The notes under the pieces: model-generated
The model's database searches: none
Told to the model about the DNA's origin: nothing
Seen by the model: the letters and a program-made list of their open reading frames with translations, nothing else
Part shown: piece by piece, positions 25,507 to 37,500 of the stretch
Numbering within the stretch: the first letter of the stretch is position 1
Layout: every line of letters starts with the position of its first letter
From: Blasia pusilla
Taxonomy: Eukaryota
NCBI GenBank assembly: GCA_050084515.1
Contig: CM114271.1
Span: forward strand, 23,932,001 to 23,996,000
DNA length: 64,000 nucleotides
Direction: 5' to 3'
Program-made: the position numbers and the translations under genes

Positions 25507-27000
25507 CTATGTACATCTGGGACACATCCATCGTCCCCGAGGAACCCTAGTGAGAGATGGCGTCAAACATGCCATATGCCAACCTCTCGAACAACCATCA
25601 CAGACTAGCATCATGGCCGCACCACGAGCAGAACCACACAACATACAACACAAGCCTGTAGGAACTACTGCTAAGCTCGTATCCACTGTACCATCAATGT
25701 TAGGAAGGTGACATGGTGCACAATTATGCACATGGTCCTTCCATACCATACCATCACGTCCCTCTAGCAAGAGAACACCGGATGGCAAAACGTCACGCAC
25801 TCTCAAGATAGTGCGCCCTGCAGTCACATCCAACGTTGTCGGTGCCGTCTGCTGCAAGTAGACATAATCTCTCTGATGAAACCTCCGGATAGTTGGTCAA
25901 TAACCACCACCCCGAATAGTCGCATACCTCAACGTATCCCAATGCTGCACAATCGCCAAGTTCTCGAATGCCATGGGCATCACTCTCCGGAATAACTCAG
26001 CCCTCTGAGAACATGCTCGCATCCATACATCTGGGTCATCAAGGTCCAGCACCTCACTAGCATCTCAACGAATGGCCGTAGGTAAATCTGGCTCTCGGCC
26101 ATAAAGTAGCAAGTACGGTGAAAAAGACGATAAGGATGCCTGCCTGCTAAATCTGTATCCCATCGCCAACCATGGCAACTGGAGGTCCCAATCTCCTAGG
26201 TGACCTATCTTCAATCCATACTTGCGTAAATCCCTCTTCACCGTCTGCACAACTCTCTCCGCTAATCCATCCGCCTCGGGATGATCTCGCGAAGTCGTGC
26301 GGTGGTCGATCAGCGCCTGATCACACAAGGCTTGAAACTCACCGCGAAACTCGGTACCCTGGTCTGTCAACACCTTAGCCGGTGCGCCATAATGACTCAG
26401 CACTTTGTCAAGGAAGGCATAAGCTACTCCCTCACTCGCTTTGTCAAGAAATGCAACCAACTCGATCCACTTCGAGAAGTGTTCGATCATCACCAACACA
26501 TAACGATTGTAACGCTCCGTCAAAGGCAAAGGTCCTGCAAAATCCAAACTCCATCTATACCCTAAGCCTATGATCGGTAATGGATGCAACTGTGGAGTCG
26601 GAGCATTGAACGATGCTCGGACCCGATCACACACCATGCGCCTGGCAACAAACTGTTGAACGTCAGTTTGCATGCCTCGCCAACAATACTGAATCTGGAG
26701 CAAGTTGTACGTCCGCTTCACCCCAAAGTGACCCAACTCCTCATGGGCATGCTGCACTAGTCATGCTCTCTGCAAAGGATGCGGCACTACGCATACTTTG
26801 CCATCCTCCCAAACCCTCAAAACATGTGTCCCCTCCCAACGTAACCGTCTGGCCCGCTGTAGGATCTGATCCCGCTCTCTAGCATCCACGATGCTCGCAA
26901 CGCTGCCAGTAGGAAGGTACTCCAAGACTACTCCATCATCATGAATATCTCCGCCACTTGTCATATCCTCACTAGCCTCGGGATCCAAGGACTCTCCATT
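25507..27000 (-). pseudogene. Integrase plus PHD finger, copy 2
   Basis: ORFs 26065-26757 (HEELGHFG, SLDFAGP, VLTDQG, GLAERVVQ) and 25507-25857 (CMLC...CDGC...HMAC...CPRC, C4HC3). Confidence 0.92.
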
Positions 27001-27129
27001 AGACCTCGCCATCGAAGTCTCCATAGTCTAGCTCTCCATAGCCAACATGCCTAAATAGGCTGACGCGTGCCATCTTGGCACTGACTCCTCATCACTCTCT
27101 CCATGCCATCGAGCTCCAATCGCATCTCG

Positions 27130-28555
27130 CTAACTCGGGCCTGGGTTACGACTCAACCCATCTGCATCTTGGTTGAGCGTCCGGGGTCTATGTACCACCT
27201 GAAAATCATATTCCTGCAACAACATAGCCCATCTCGCAAGCTTCCCTATAAGCTTGTCGGACTCCATCAACCACTTCAGTTGTTGATGATCAATGATGAT
27301 GGTAAAGGGGTTGCCGAATAAGTAACACCTGAAATGGGCGACAACCCACACCGCAACCAAGCACTCACCCTCATACGAGCTGTACTTTGCCTCTGCAGCT
27401 TTGTTCGAGCGGCTACCATAAGCCACCACGAACTCTCTACCCTCATCATCATGTTGGGTGAGCACCGCTCCAAGCCCCAACATGCTCCAATCTGTGTGCA
27501 ACTGGAAAGGACGCCCCCGGATCGGTCTCCTCAAGATGGGCGCAGATGTCAACCTATCCTTGAGCAACTGAAATGCTCGCTCTTGCTCACCCCCAGTGCC
27601 ACTCATGATCCACCTTTGTCAGCAAGGTCAAGAGCTTCGCAATCGAACTGAATCCCTTGACGTACAGCCGATAGAAGTTCACCAATCCCGTGAATGCGCG
27701 AACACGGCTCACATCTGTAGGACATGGAATGCGTGAGATAGCCTCTACCTTTGTATGCTGAACACCAAGGCCCCCTGGGTATATTGTATGACCCAAGTAC
27801 TCAATCTGGTCGTAGAAGAACTTGCACTTGCCTGGATGTAGCTTCAGCCCATGTAATTTCAATCGTCAAAACACCTCCTCTAGATGTCGCTCATGCTCCT
27901 CAACCGTGGCTCTAAAAACTATGATGTCATCAATATAACACCCACAAAAATCCAGACCAGCCAAGATCCTATCCATGACCCTTTGAAACTCAGTCGGGGC
28001 ATTCTTTAACCCAAATGGTAAGAACCACTGGTACAAATAATCCTTCCCGTGAGGATCGATGCCCCAAAATGCCGTCTTCTACCTGTCCTCCAATCTAATA
28101 GGCAGTTGATGGTATCCAGCTCGCAAATCCAATGAACTGAAGAGCTTTGCGTGAACGAACGCATCAAAGATCTCCTCAGGGGTGGGCATGGCATACCTAT
28201 CGGACTTCGTCTGTCGATTGATAGGTCGGTAATCCCCACACATCCGCCTATCCGTCCAGTTGCCATGCACATCCTTCTTGGCGGGCATGACAGTGGCAGA
28301 TGCATACTCCCCATGGGACATCTCTACTAGTCGTGCTCTAACCAAGTCATGGCTCCTACTGTGAATCAGAGCCCTCTCAATATCACAGTACCTGTAGGGT
28401 TGTCGGAAGATCGGCGTATCACTCGACAACTCAATGCAGATCCTCGGTCCCTTCAGCGTACCCAAATCTTCCATGCTAAATGCAAAGTAGCTCCTATAAC
28501 TTGTGAGGAACTGATGTATCCGGCGCCGCTCTCCTCCTGTCAACTTAGGGCCCAT
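27130..28555 (-). pseudogene. RT and RNase H, copy 2
   Basis: RRMCGDYRPIN, LDLRAGYHQ, KCKFF, LHTDWSMLGLGAVL, YEGECL, DADGLSR. Confidence 0.95.
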
Positions 28556-28914
28556 ATTTGGCTCTCAAGTCTCCATCGTGACTACGGTAGGACTCTCTAG
28601 CGCGAGTATCGGTGGTTGCTATGGTGTAACCGCGTCTCGAACAGCAACGCTCGGTTGCTCTTCTGCAGCCAACTACAAACTCTGATCTCCACATGCAGTG
28701 TTCGGAACCACGCTCGATGTTGTGGCTATCATCTCCTGGCGTACCTGCAAAATATCCCAAGAAGTCCAAGGGTGTCTCTCCCGATCTCCCCTGGTGTGTT
28801 GATCTCCTCGGGTCTCGCCCCCAGCCACTGCCTCCACCGTCTCGGTAGGCATGGGGCTCACCAACGCAACCGCTGTGATGTGTCGCGATCTCATCCGACG
28901 CTGCTCAGCCACCC

Positions 28915-29835
28915 CCAAGCTGAAGATCCATGTCAAGCAGTTCATGTCCATCGCCTGACCCAAGACATGGCGTCGTGATGCCTCTGATACTGATGGGACT
29001 GCCGTCACTCCTGTGGGAAATCCCATCGCCCGCTCTCTCTTGTTGGCGTTGGGCTTCACCATCCTTTGAACCTGGTCATCCCAAACCAAGCCAAGACCGA
29101 CCTCCTTGTATGCATAGGAAGCGGGAAAACTCACAAGCGTGGGAAAGACTGTCCGCGGCCTGCCTACCCTGTTGACCACAGTTAGCAGTGGTCGATCATC
29201 GTGCCTCACTACTTGTGATCAACGACCTAGATCTAGAATGGAATCCACTAACAAATGGGAGGGGCGCTCCACTCTCGCATACGCCCTCCGTAACACCGCA
29301 TGGGGCAACAAGTTGGTCCACCATAGATGTGGGCGATGGGCTCTAGAACCTACACTCGCTGCATCCAAGAACACTACTGGGCCAATTCATCCACGCACTT
29401 GATGAGCACTCGTCACCACCCGTGACCTAGAGTCTCCTAAGATCGGAATATTTTCCAGAATGTAGCCTGGAGAATGAGACTGGTGCTCTTGCAACTGCCG
29501 TAAGACCCTCAACATCTCCCAAAAAAATCTGGACGGAGTGTCAACCAACCCACTACCTCGTCCAGCACTCGATTGGCCCTGACATGGCCAACCGACAATG
29601 ACCAAATCAATGGTCCCTACCCGCTCTAAGTCCTGCGCCCCCAACAAGGAAATATCCCTTGGTAGGGAACTTTGGTACCCCTATACCGCGGACGCAGACA
29701 ATAAGTCGGGAAAACGGAGGCGTAACTGCGCCACATGTCCTAGTGAGACACACCTCGCAACATCATCACTCTCCACATACAGGTACTGTTGTACTCGCAC
29801 TCCTGCCTGCAAAACAGCAGCTAACCTTGTGCTGA
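28915..29835 (-). pseudogene. DNMT3-like C5 methyltransferase domain, copy 2 (motif I deleted)
   Basis: DLVIVGWPCQGQS, YILENIP, ERAMGFPTGVTAVPSVSEASRRHVLGQAMD. About 340 bp corresponding to roughly 880-1217 of copy 1 is missing at about 29837. Confidence 0.88.
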
Positions 29836-30649
29836 TACTGAGGTCGCCATCTCTCCTGGCCGTCGCTCGATCACTGCACTTGTGAATCGAACGGGTAATG
29901 AACTAAGGCGCCCATCACCTGACTGCCATCCTGGTCTATAGGATCGACTCCTCCCAATAATCAGGTCGGTATAACATCGCTCCACCATCCAAGACGTCGT
30001 AGGACTGCATGAGTCACTATCGCCTTGGCTCGCACTTCCTGACTCATATGTAGGATGTCCGGGAGAATTCTCACCACGACCTCTGTTGGGTGATATACTA
30101 TGTGGTACTCGCTCCATCCAAGGATAATGAATGGACAACGCCACATCAGCCCAATCCTGAATGACGCCATCATCGGGGTTGGTCTAAATCAACAAGACGC
30201 TGCCGCGACTAAAAGCTCTCCCAATAATCCAGCAACACAACACCAGGAGAAGGGCATGGATCTAGCGGGCATCTCCGCCATCCTAGGGCGTGGGCGGTCC
30301 GAGCATCCGCTCCAAGGGCAGGTCCATCACCTCCTCTGCAATTACCTCTAAACGTGATGCAAGAACTCCAACTCCGCGCTCACATAGCGAAGCGGCCAGC
30401 CGAAAAGCCTCGGCGGGCGTACCCCCCAATGTCATAACATCGGAAGCAGAAAATAAAGGAGTGCGGTACACAACGGTGGCCGCCCCCAACAACGTGATCG
30501 ACACATGCCCCTCCTGAGCATCAACAATAGGAGTCGTCGCACTCGTTTCTCCCATCGCCCTCCGTGCCTGCACACCAACAACATCACCAACTCTCAAGGA
30601 ACTTTGATGAGGACCCATCGATGGGATCCTCATCGCTTCGGACAATGTG

Positions 30650-32900
30650 AAAGACTGAGGAAGCCTAGTCTATTTTCTGGCTTCCCCTCGTTGTGGATCC
30701 AACTTTGCGGCTGCTCCACGCGTCACAACTGCGGCGGCCTCCATCTGGGCAACCCCGCACATCCAACCAGGATCCTCCAGATCTCTGGCTGCTCCATATG
30801 ATGTCGATGCCACGGATCCGGCATCGGGTAACCTCAATGCCATAATGGCAATCTGCTCCTGTAGATGTTGTATCTGAGCAGCCATCCCAGCCTCACGTCC
30901 GGCGTCTCCCTCGGCGCATCTAGGTGGTGGTACTCTACCTCCTCCACGGGCAGCTCCACCACCTTGTCGGGAAACTCCAGCTCCTCGTCCCCCAAGGGGA
31001 CCTTCTGGTGCAGCACCATCTCCTCCTCCATGCTGAGGCAACGTCCATGACCCTGATGAGTGCAATCGCGATGATGATGGGCTCCACCACATGACCAACA
31101 AGTAATAGTGGGCGGCTGCTGCTGAGCCGCATATGAAGGCACAGGTCTCTGTGGCACGGCCTCCTGGTATCCTCCCTGAGCTCGTGGTGCCACAGTCGAC
31201 CTATCCCGGAGTCCACGTTGCTGCACAGGTGGTGCAGACAATTGTGACTGCTCTTGCCCAGAACCCATGGTGGCTACGCTCTCCTCCGCCATGTTGCGCT
31301 CAATGTTCTCGGCGGTCCTAAAAACATCTCTCAACGTAGGGGAGTGTTCATAAGAAGCATCCCCTCCCGCACCCATGTCCGCAGGGTCCGGTCCAGCATC
31401 GCGTAATATGACTGGATAGCCTGAGCCTCTGTCACCCCCTGAGTGATGTTGATCAACCGGCGCAAGCGAGTGTAAGCCTCACGCAAACTCTCACCCGGGC
31501 GCCTCTGGAAGTCATGGATGCTCTGCAACTTCTCCGTCCGTAACCCCCTGGTAGCTCGCCCTCAACTCAGTAAAGAACTCAACCATGGGGTTGAACCTGG
31601 GACGAACCCGACTAGACGGTGCAACTGCTCCAATGCGAGTGACCCCTCCTAAAACATCACTAGTGGAAGAGGAAGTAGCCTCTCATGACTCCTCCTCCTC
31701 ATCTGAGAACGGCTCCGTCCATGACACATAGTGTGGGTCGTAATAGAGTCGCCATGCCTCAATCTCTTGGGCATATCTGTGGGAAAAGTCATGGTAATCG
31801 TCCATGGGTGCCCCCTCCTAATGCTGGAACATACCATTCCATGCTATAAACGGGTTAAACTCTCTAGAGTTCCTGGCCCGCTAGGAGTCGTACCAACTCC
31901 TAAACTCTGCTATGAACTCGTGCAACTCAATCGTACCTACTGCACTTGAAAACCTACGCGGTCCTCTACGTCCTTCTCGTACGCCCAACTGGTAGGACCA
32001 CTTACAATGTGTGGCGATGTGCTCACAAACTCCTATACACCCTCCCCCTCGTCTGACGATGACACAGAAGGAGGTCGAGGTGATCCCTGAAGTGAAGACC
32101 CTCGGAACCTCACGCCACTCCGCGTAAAACCTCTAGAGCTACTCTCGGGTTCACCACCTTGTCTCTCAAAGTCCCGAACAGACGCCTTGATGACCCTGGT
32201 GCCCTCCTCACCCGATCACTCTTGCCTTGAGAGTAATCCCTCAATCATTCATCCCAAACATGCAACACTTGATCTACACTCTCCCTCCCCGAGACATGTA
32301 ACGTGCGGAAATAAGCGGCGTGGTGGGGCAAATCGACCAGGCTATCATTTCATCGATAACCTACCCTCAACTCCAAACATCCCACATAGGTCTATGTCCC
32401 CTAAACCACATACATAAATGATGCTCTCAGGATCCACACATCCAGTATCCCCAAATAAACTACCCAAATTCCAAAATCCCTCACACGTGCAGGGTAAATG
32501 ACCAGAATGGGTAACCTGAACACATCTCAATGTCGCTCCTCAGCAACTGCAAATCTCGACCCAAACTCAATCATGGAGACAACTCCTCCAATCAGCAAGT
32601 CATACTCCTCCCGTACTAACGTTGCTCAAAACTCCTTGATAGACGGTGCGGTTCTAGCGGAACGGTGCAGCGTTGCAGGTGGCACGGAACGGCTACGAAT
32701 GACACGGCCCTCGATGATGGGATGCGGCACTCGCGGCATACCCTCCTCAATCAACAATAAACCCACACTCTGCTCCACAATGTCGGAGCGGCTCCGCGAT
32801 CGAGACGCTGCGGTGCGGCCACGAGCGGCACGGCGCGGCAATCAACGGCGCGTTGCGGCTACGGGCGTTACGGCACAGTACTCGATCGTCGTCGAGCGGC
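30650..32900 (-). pseudogene. Gag of copy 2
   Basis: FQRRPGESLREAYTRLRRL (retrotransposon gag motif, 31331-31528), CWSCGGAHHHRDC zinc knuckle and AVVTRG motif. The N-terminal limit is uncertain. Confidence 0.75.
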
Positions 32901-33744
32901 TACCAATCACAACATAGCAGCATGAAATCAAAACTCAAACACTAGAACATGAGGTCATATGCCATCACAGGTTGATGACGGTGGCGGCCAAAACAAAGTA
33001 CGTGATGGCGACGCAAGTCCGAGAATCAACGAACGTTGTGGAAGACCCTCCACTCCGTAACGGCGGCAATGGCAACCAAGGGTGGATAACGGACGGTGGA
33101 CCATTGACTGTGATGGTGACGGCCAAACGGTGACGATGACGGTTGACCATCGACGGTGATGGTTGATGGAGACTATAACGGAGACGGCCGCCGCCGGTGT
33201 GGCGTTTGGTTTAGGGTTTGCACAATTTAACCCTAAAAATCGCCTAGCAATGGCAGTTTTTCAAGATTGATCATAACTTTTTGCTCGCAACTCCAAATTG
33301 CGCATTGTTTGTTGCACAGCGTGCACAGCTTCACGATCTACACGAGAATCAAAAAATATTTAGAATCTAGCATTCCAGTAAAAATTTACAGGGACTGTCG
33401 TAAAGCCCAATGTCTCTTTCTCCTACACAAAATTCGGCAACGCTTCCGCGCTGATTCCTCCCAACAAAAACGTAAAACCTGTAAAAATGAAAATCAGAAA
33501 GTGACATGGTGCTCCCAAAAGCACCGGCATGGGGCAACCCGCCCCCATACTCAATCCCTATCAGAAATTGGGCAGCGCTTCCGCGCGCCACTCTTCCACA
33601 CGAAAAATCAGAAAATGCAAAGAACAATCCAAGCAACCCTTGCTCCGATGAGCACTCCCATGACCGTTGAACGGGGAACACGGTCCCCAACCTGCAAAAA
33701 TAGCGAGTGACCAATGAGCTCCCCCATGAAGCTCTCTCATTCTT

Positions 33745-33759
33745 TCATTCTCTCATTGT
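33745..33759 (-). promoter_or_regulatory. Putative self-priming primer-binding site at the U5 end
   Basis: Minus-strand ACAATGAGAGAATGA is complementary at 14/15 positions to TCATTCTCTCTTTGT at the predicted TSS; no TGG-type tRNA PBS is adjacent. Confidence 0.65.
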
Positions 33760-34273
33760 AAAGTAAGATCCAATCTCTCTCTACACAATCTCACACCATA
33801 GCTCTCAAAGGTATGCACTCTCTCTCATGTCAAACCAAACCCAATCTCCTAATGAGAGGCTTGGGTTACACTCACAAGGCAAGGGACCATAGCTCCGCCG
33901 CCTCATGCGAAGAGGTTCAACAAAGAGAGAATGAGCTCTCAAGCTCTCTCTCCTTGGGATATATACCCCTCTCCTCACCCAAGCTCTCTCCATGGTAACC
34001 TATTCTCCCAAGTCACCTCCTTGGCTCTTGACCTGATGTAGGAGGTCAAGGGCCACTAACCAAAAATAGAAAGTCGATCATATACTCAAAATGGTACTTA
34101 CCTAAAATAGTAAGTTCCTCAATATGGTTCCAAATAAGCCAAAACGAAGGGAAATCTGCTCTCTCAGGTTTCCCGGGGCCTCAGCAGGTCATCCTTGACC
34201 TCCTGGGCCTATCCTCCACTACTCTTGAAGACGTTCTACTAGATCTCACGGATCTATCCTAAAGGACGTGACA
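33757..34273 (-). repeat. 5' terminal repeat A1 of copy 2 (no B unit)
   Basis: Matches A2 (24692-25190) with roughly 20-25 substitutions in ~500 bp by eye; unique flank begins at 34274. Confidence 0.92.
33928..33965 (-). promoter_or_regulatory. LTR core promoter: TATA box and initiator
   Basis: TATATAT at 33965-33959; TCATTCT (YYANWYY) at 33934-33928, with the +1 A (33932) 33 nt after the first T of the TATA box. Confidence 0.6.
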
Positions 34274-34501
34274 TTGTCCGCGGACAATGCCAGATATGTC
34301 CATGTATGTGAACTTACGTCCGTCCGATGGAAGGACTTATCCATGTGGGCCTCAACTTTCTCTTCTTTCTTATTCTCTCCACTTGCCTATGTGTTCCATA
34401 CTTTCCTCTTGAAGCCCATAGATTGCCTCGGTATCGCACTTAATGCGAGATCGGGCAGCTTGGACGCGGGCAGGCAAGTGAGGGGGAATGCCAAAACAAT
34501 A

Positions 34502-34573
34502 AATGCAGCCGGATTCGAACCCGGGTCTTTGCACCGGCACTCCGCGACCCTATCCACTATCCTACCAGCATTC
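34502..34573 (-). pseudogene. tRNA-Gly-like pseudogene or tRNA-derived SINE head
   Basis: Minus strand has TAGTGGATAGG (A-box-like), TGCC and AGACCCGGGTTCGAATCCGGCTG (B-box/T-arm as in tRNA-Gly), with AATGC/GCATT ends. The anticodon stem is broken. Confidence 0.55.
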
Positions 34574-37500
34574 CATGGTGTTAGGTAGGGGGCTTTGTTA
34601 TTTACTTGCAAAATTCTCTTTTAACTACTTGCCCGAGCCCCCTACCCGCTGAAAGTACCAGGTCTTGCAATCAATGCAAGACCGCGGCAGTTTAGGGCCT
34701 TCGCTGTCCCGTTTCTTCCTCCCCCCTTTTTTCCCACTCGGCCTTTTCCTACTTTCCATCATGAACTACAAGTGTGGGTCCCATCTTTTGCTATCATGAT
34801 CCGTCTCCGGACCAGACTTGTCCATTTTTGTACAGTCGTGAGTACTCTGTGTTAAGGAATGGAATTGTAGATAAATGAAGTTGCCTTCAATTTAGAGTTG
34901 CACAAGTGCAACTCTAAATTGAGGCTGAAAATAAATATGTTCATTACGTTATGCCCATCACGTTGAATGATAATTTCATCGAAGTTTGGAATGCTTCTCT
35001 TGTTGCTAATTTTTGTTTGCTAATAATATGCCTATGCTTCTCTTCTAGCAGTTTGTTAAGGTCATTCAAAGCGAGCCTCGTAGGCTAGAGTCATGAGATT
35101 TCAGTTAGGACTCCCAATAAATTTTCACGAAAATAGGTAAAACAATATTACTTTGTAGTAAGAGATAAGAGACTGTACGGTTAAATGGAATGACAGAATA
35201 CATGGAAAGGGAGAGAAGCCGTCCACAATATCAACCAACTCCTTGACATTAGAGGTGGAAGAACCCCACTACAAGTAACTTCACCACAACACAATATTAG
35301 CAAAGAAACAATGCAAAAAATGCAATGAAACCCAAACTACGTGACAATGAATAAAATGTTAGAGGGAAGCAATGTCAACAAATGCAACCAAAGCAACACA
35401 ACATGACAAAATAAACAATGATAAAACAAATCAACGAATGCAAAGAAAAACACGCCACGTTGGAAGATTTTACAGATAGTAGCTTACGGGATCACAACAA
35501 GAATTCACACATAGTAGAAAACAAAGCGAATTTTTTGGATGTTTTGGGGGGAACAAACTGACGCCCGTAAAAATCAAGTCTAGGGTATATGGATTTACGT
35601 AGGAAAAGAATGGGGTTTTTTAATTTCGAATAATCTAAATAAAACATCTTTTCAGCGAAGACTATTTCATTTTTTTAAGAGGGAAAAGAATGATTGCTAC
35701 AGTGACCAGAAAGGCCCATGAACTTCCACGACACGTCGCCATGGCCGGGAAGTTCCTTGGAAGGAAAGCAGGAACGGTAATTCGATAACAATGCGGCGCC
35801 CTGAGGTCGCGTCTGAAGTCCGTCCTTCCGAACAACATCGAAGTTTGTCTTGAAAACTGGCGTCTTCGCTTCGCGATAAAGGTTTGGATGTTTCTAGACA
35901 CCACGAAAATCGTTTCTTTGGACTGAAGTCGTGAGATCCCTGTCGCCTACGAGAAGAATGTCTTGGAGATAATCGCTCTTTCCTCCAGTTTCAAACCCCA
36001 CCGTCCCAAGAGAAGATATTGTTAACCAGGGGTACATACGTACTTCTTTCCAACTGTGACGGCGTTAATATAACGGTGACCCTATATACAGAAGACAGAG
36101 AGACACATTCCTGCGAGGCCCCCCACGTACTTCTTCCGTAACGTACGCCATGGTACAGGAAAAAGCGATCGACGGTAAGAAAGGGTCCCATTACCCAACA
36201 ACATGTCGCTATCTTTGGGGAGGCATCAAGGGAAGACAGTCGTAGCTAAAATAAAGAGGATGGAGCATGATGGCAGTGGTGGCATTGTGGTCATAACTAG
36301 GAACGACTAGCGAGGAGTTGGACCGAGAGTTTGGCGGCAGAATTATAGGAGACGGTTGTGCTCGCCCACAATGGCGACGCATGCAAATCAGATGTTCACG
36401 TTCCACCGACAAACTTAGCTCTCGTCCCATCCTCGGACGTTCTGCGTGGCGCGCCAGCATTGGACATGAGAGTGCTCACATCGGTGGCACATGGGAAAGG
36501 GAAGGTTCTTCCCTCACATCTTGGCCTCCGACGACTCCGAATTAAGGTGCCGTTTACATCGTCTTCGGGCACCGAGCGAGCCGGTCAGACAAACAAAGAC
36601 AGTCACCGGCTCGCCGTTTCACCCACTGGACCCTGCCAGCAAGCTGGATATCCCGTCACTTTCACCTCGTCTCCACTTCACGTACACGGCGGCCACCGCG
36701 TGGGGGGGCTCCTTCGAATTATGGAACTCGCCCGCCATGAACCGAGCGTTTTTTGGACGGACGGACGGACAGCGCTCCGCCTACAATGCGAACGAAAGTA
36801 TGGTAGTAGCGCGGTCGCGACTTGTGGGACTTACGGGCGGACGTACTGGCTCAGACACTATAGCATGTTCTTTCTTTCGTATGGGTGCCCCTCCCATGGG
36901 CACCGTATATCGCGAGAGCTTTCGTGCCGCTAAACGGAAAGTGGTTTCGCGACACGGAGCCGAACAGAGATTTCGTATAGTTCCCGCGGAAAGACGGCCG
37001 GTATAAATTAACGAGCGGTACGGACAAATGAAAGCCGTCACGGAGCCACGGCGCTCCATTGGATGAGAGACATCACGGACGGACGGCAATGAGAGCAGAG
37101 GTGACAGGCGGGCGAGGGAGAGAGAGAGAGATCAGAAGCGCAGAAGGTCTGCGCTTGTGAATCAGAAAAAATCGATCAGAACTGCAAGCAATCAGAGAGG
37201 CACGTGCCGTCGGAGGGCTAACGCCACCCCGAGCATATGCCGTGCGCTGTTGTTGCGAACTTGTGGTACGGAGCGGTGCTTTAGGCCGAGCGGGAAGACC
37301 GTGGTGAGTCCGGTGAGCTGTGGTTGGGATAGGCCAGGGAAATGGTTTTCAAACTTTCTTCAGTCGATTCGAAAGATTCGCTTTCCCTCAAAAATGGAGG
37401 TTCGTCCAACTTTCGGAAAAAGCTCGCGTTTCTTTTGAAAAGTTTTGACTTTAATTCGCTGGTTTCTCTGGTATAAGGAGAAAATGGGCACTACAACAGC

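Larger units (their letters stand above)
24565..34273 (-). mobile_element. Ty3/Gypsy retrotransposon copy 2 (complete, ~9.7 kb, decayed) with split repeats and 4-bp TSD TTGT
   Basis: The minus strand begins TGTCACGTCC (34273) and ends GCACGACA (24565). TTGT flanks both ends (24561-24564 and 34274-34277). Gag-PR-DNMT-RT-RH-INT-PHD remnants are present. Confidence 0.95.

Noticed and set aside
24565-34273. DIRS/Ngaro tyrosine-recombinase element, suggested by split repeats plus a methyltransferase
   Set aside because: It has an aspartic protease, an HHCC/DDE integrase and a TSD; no recombinase motifs were seen; and the MTase is C5-type, not the adenine-type domain of DIRS.
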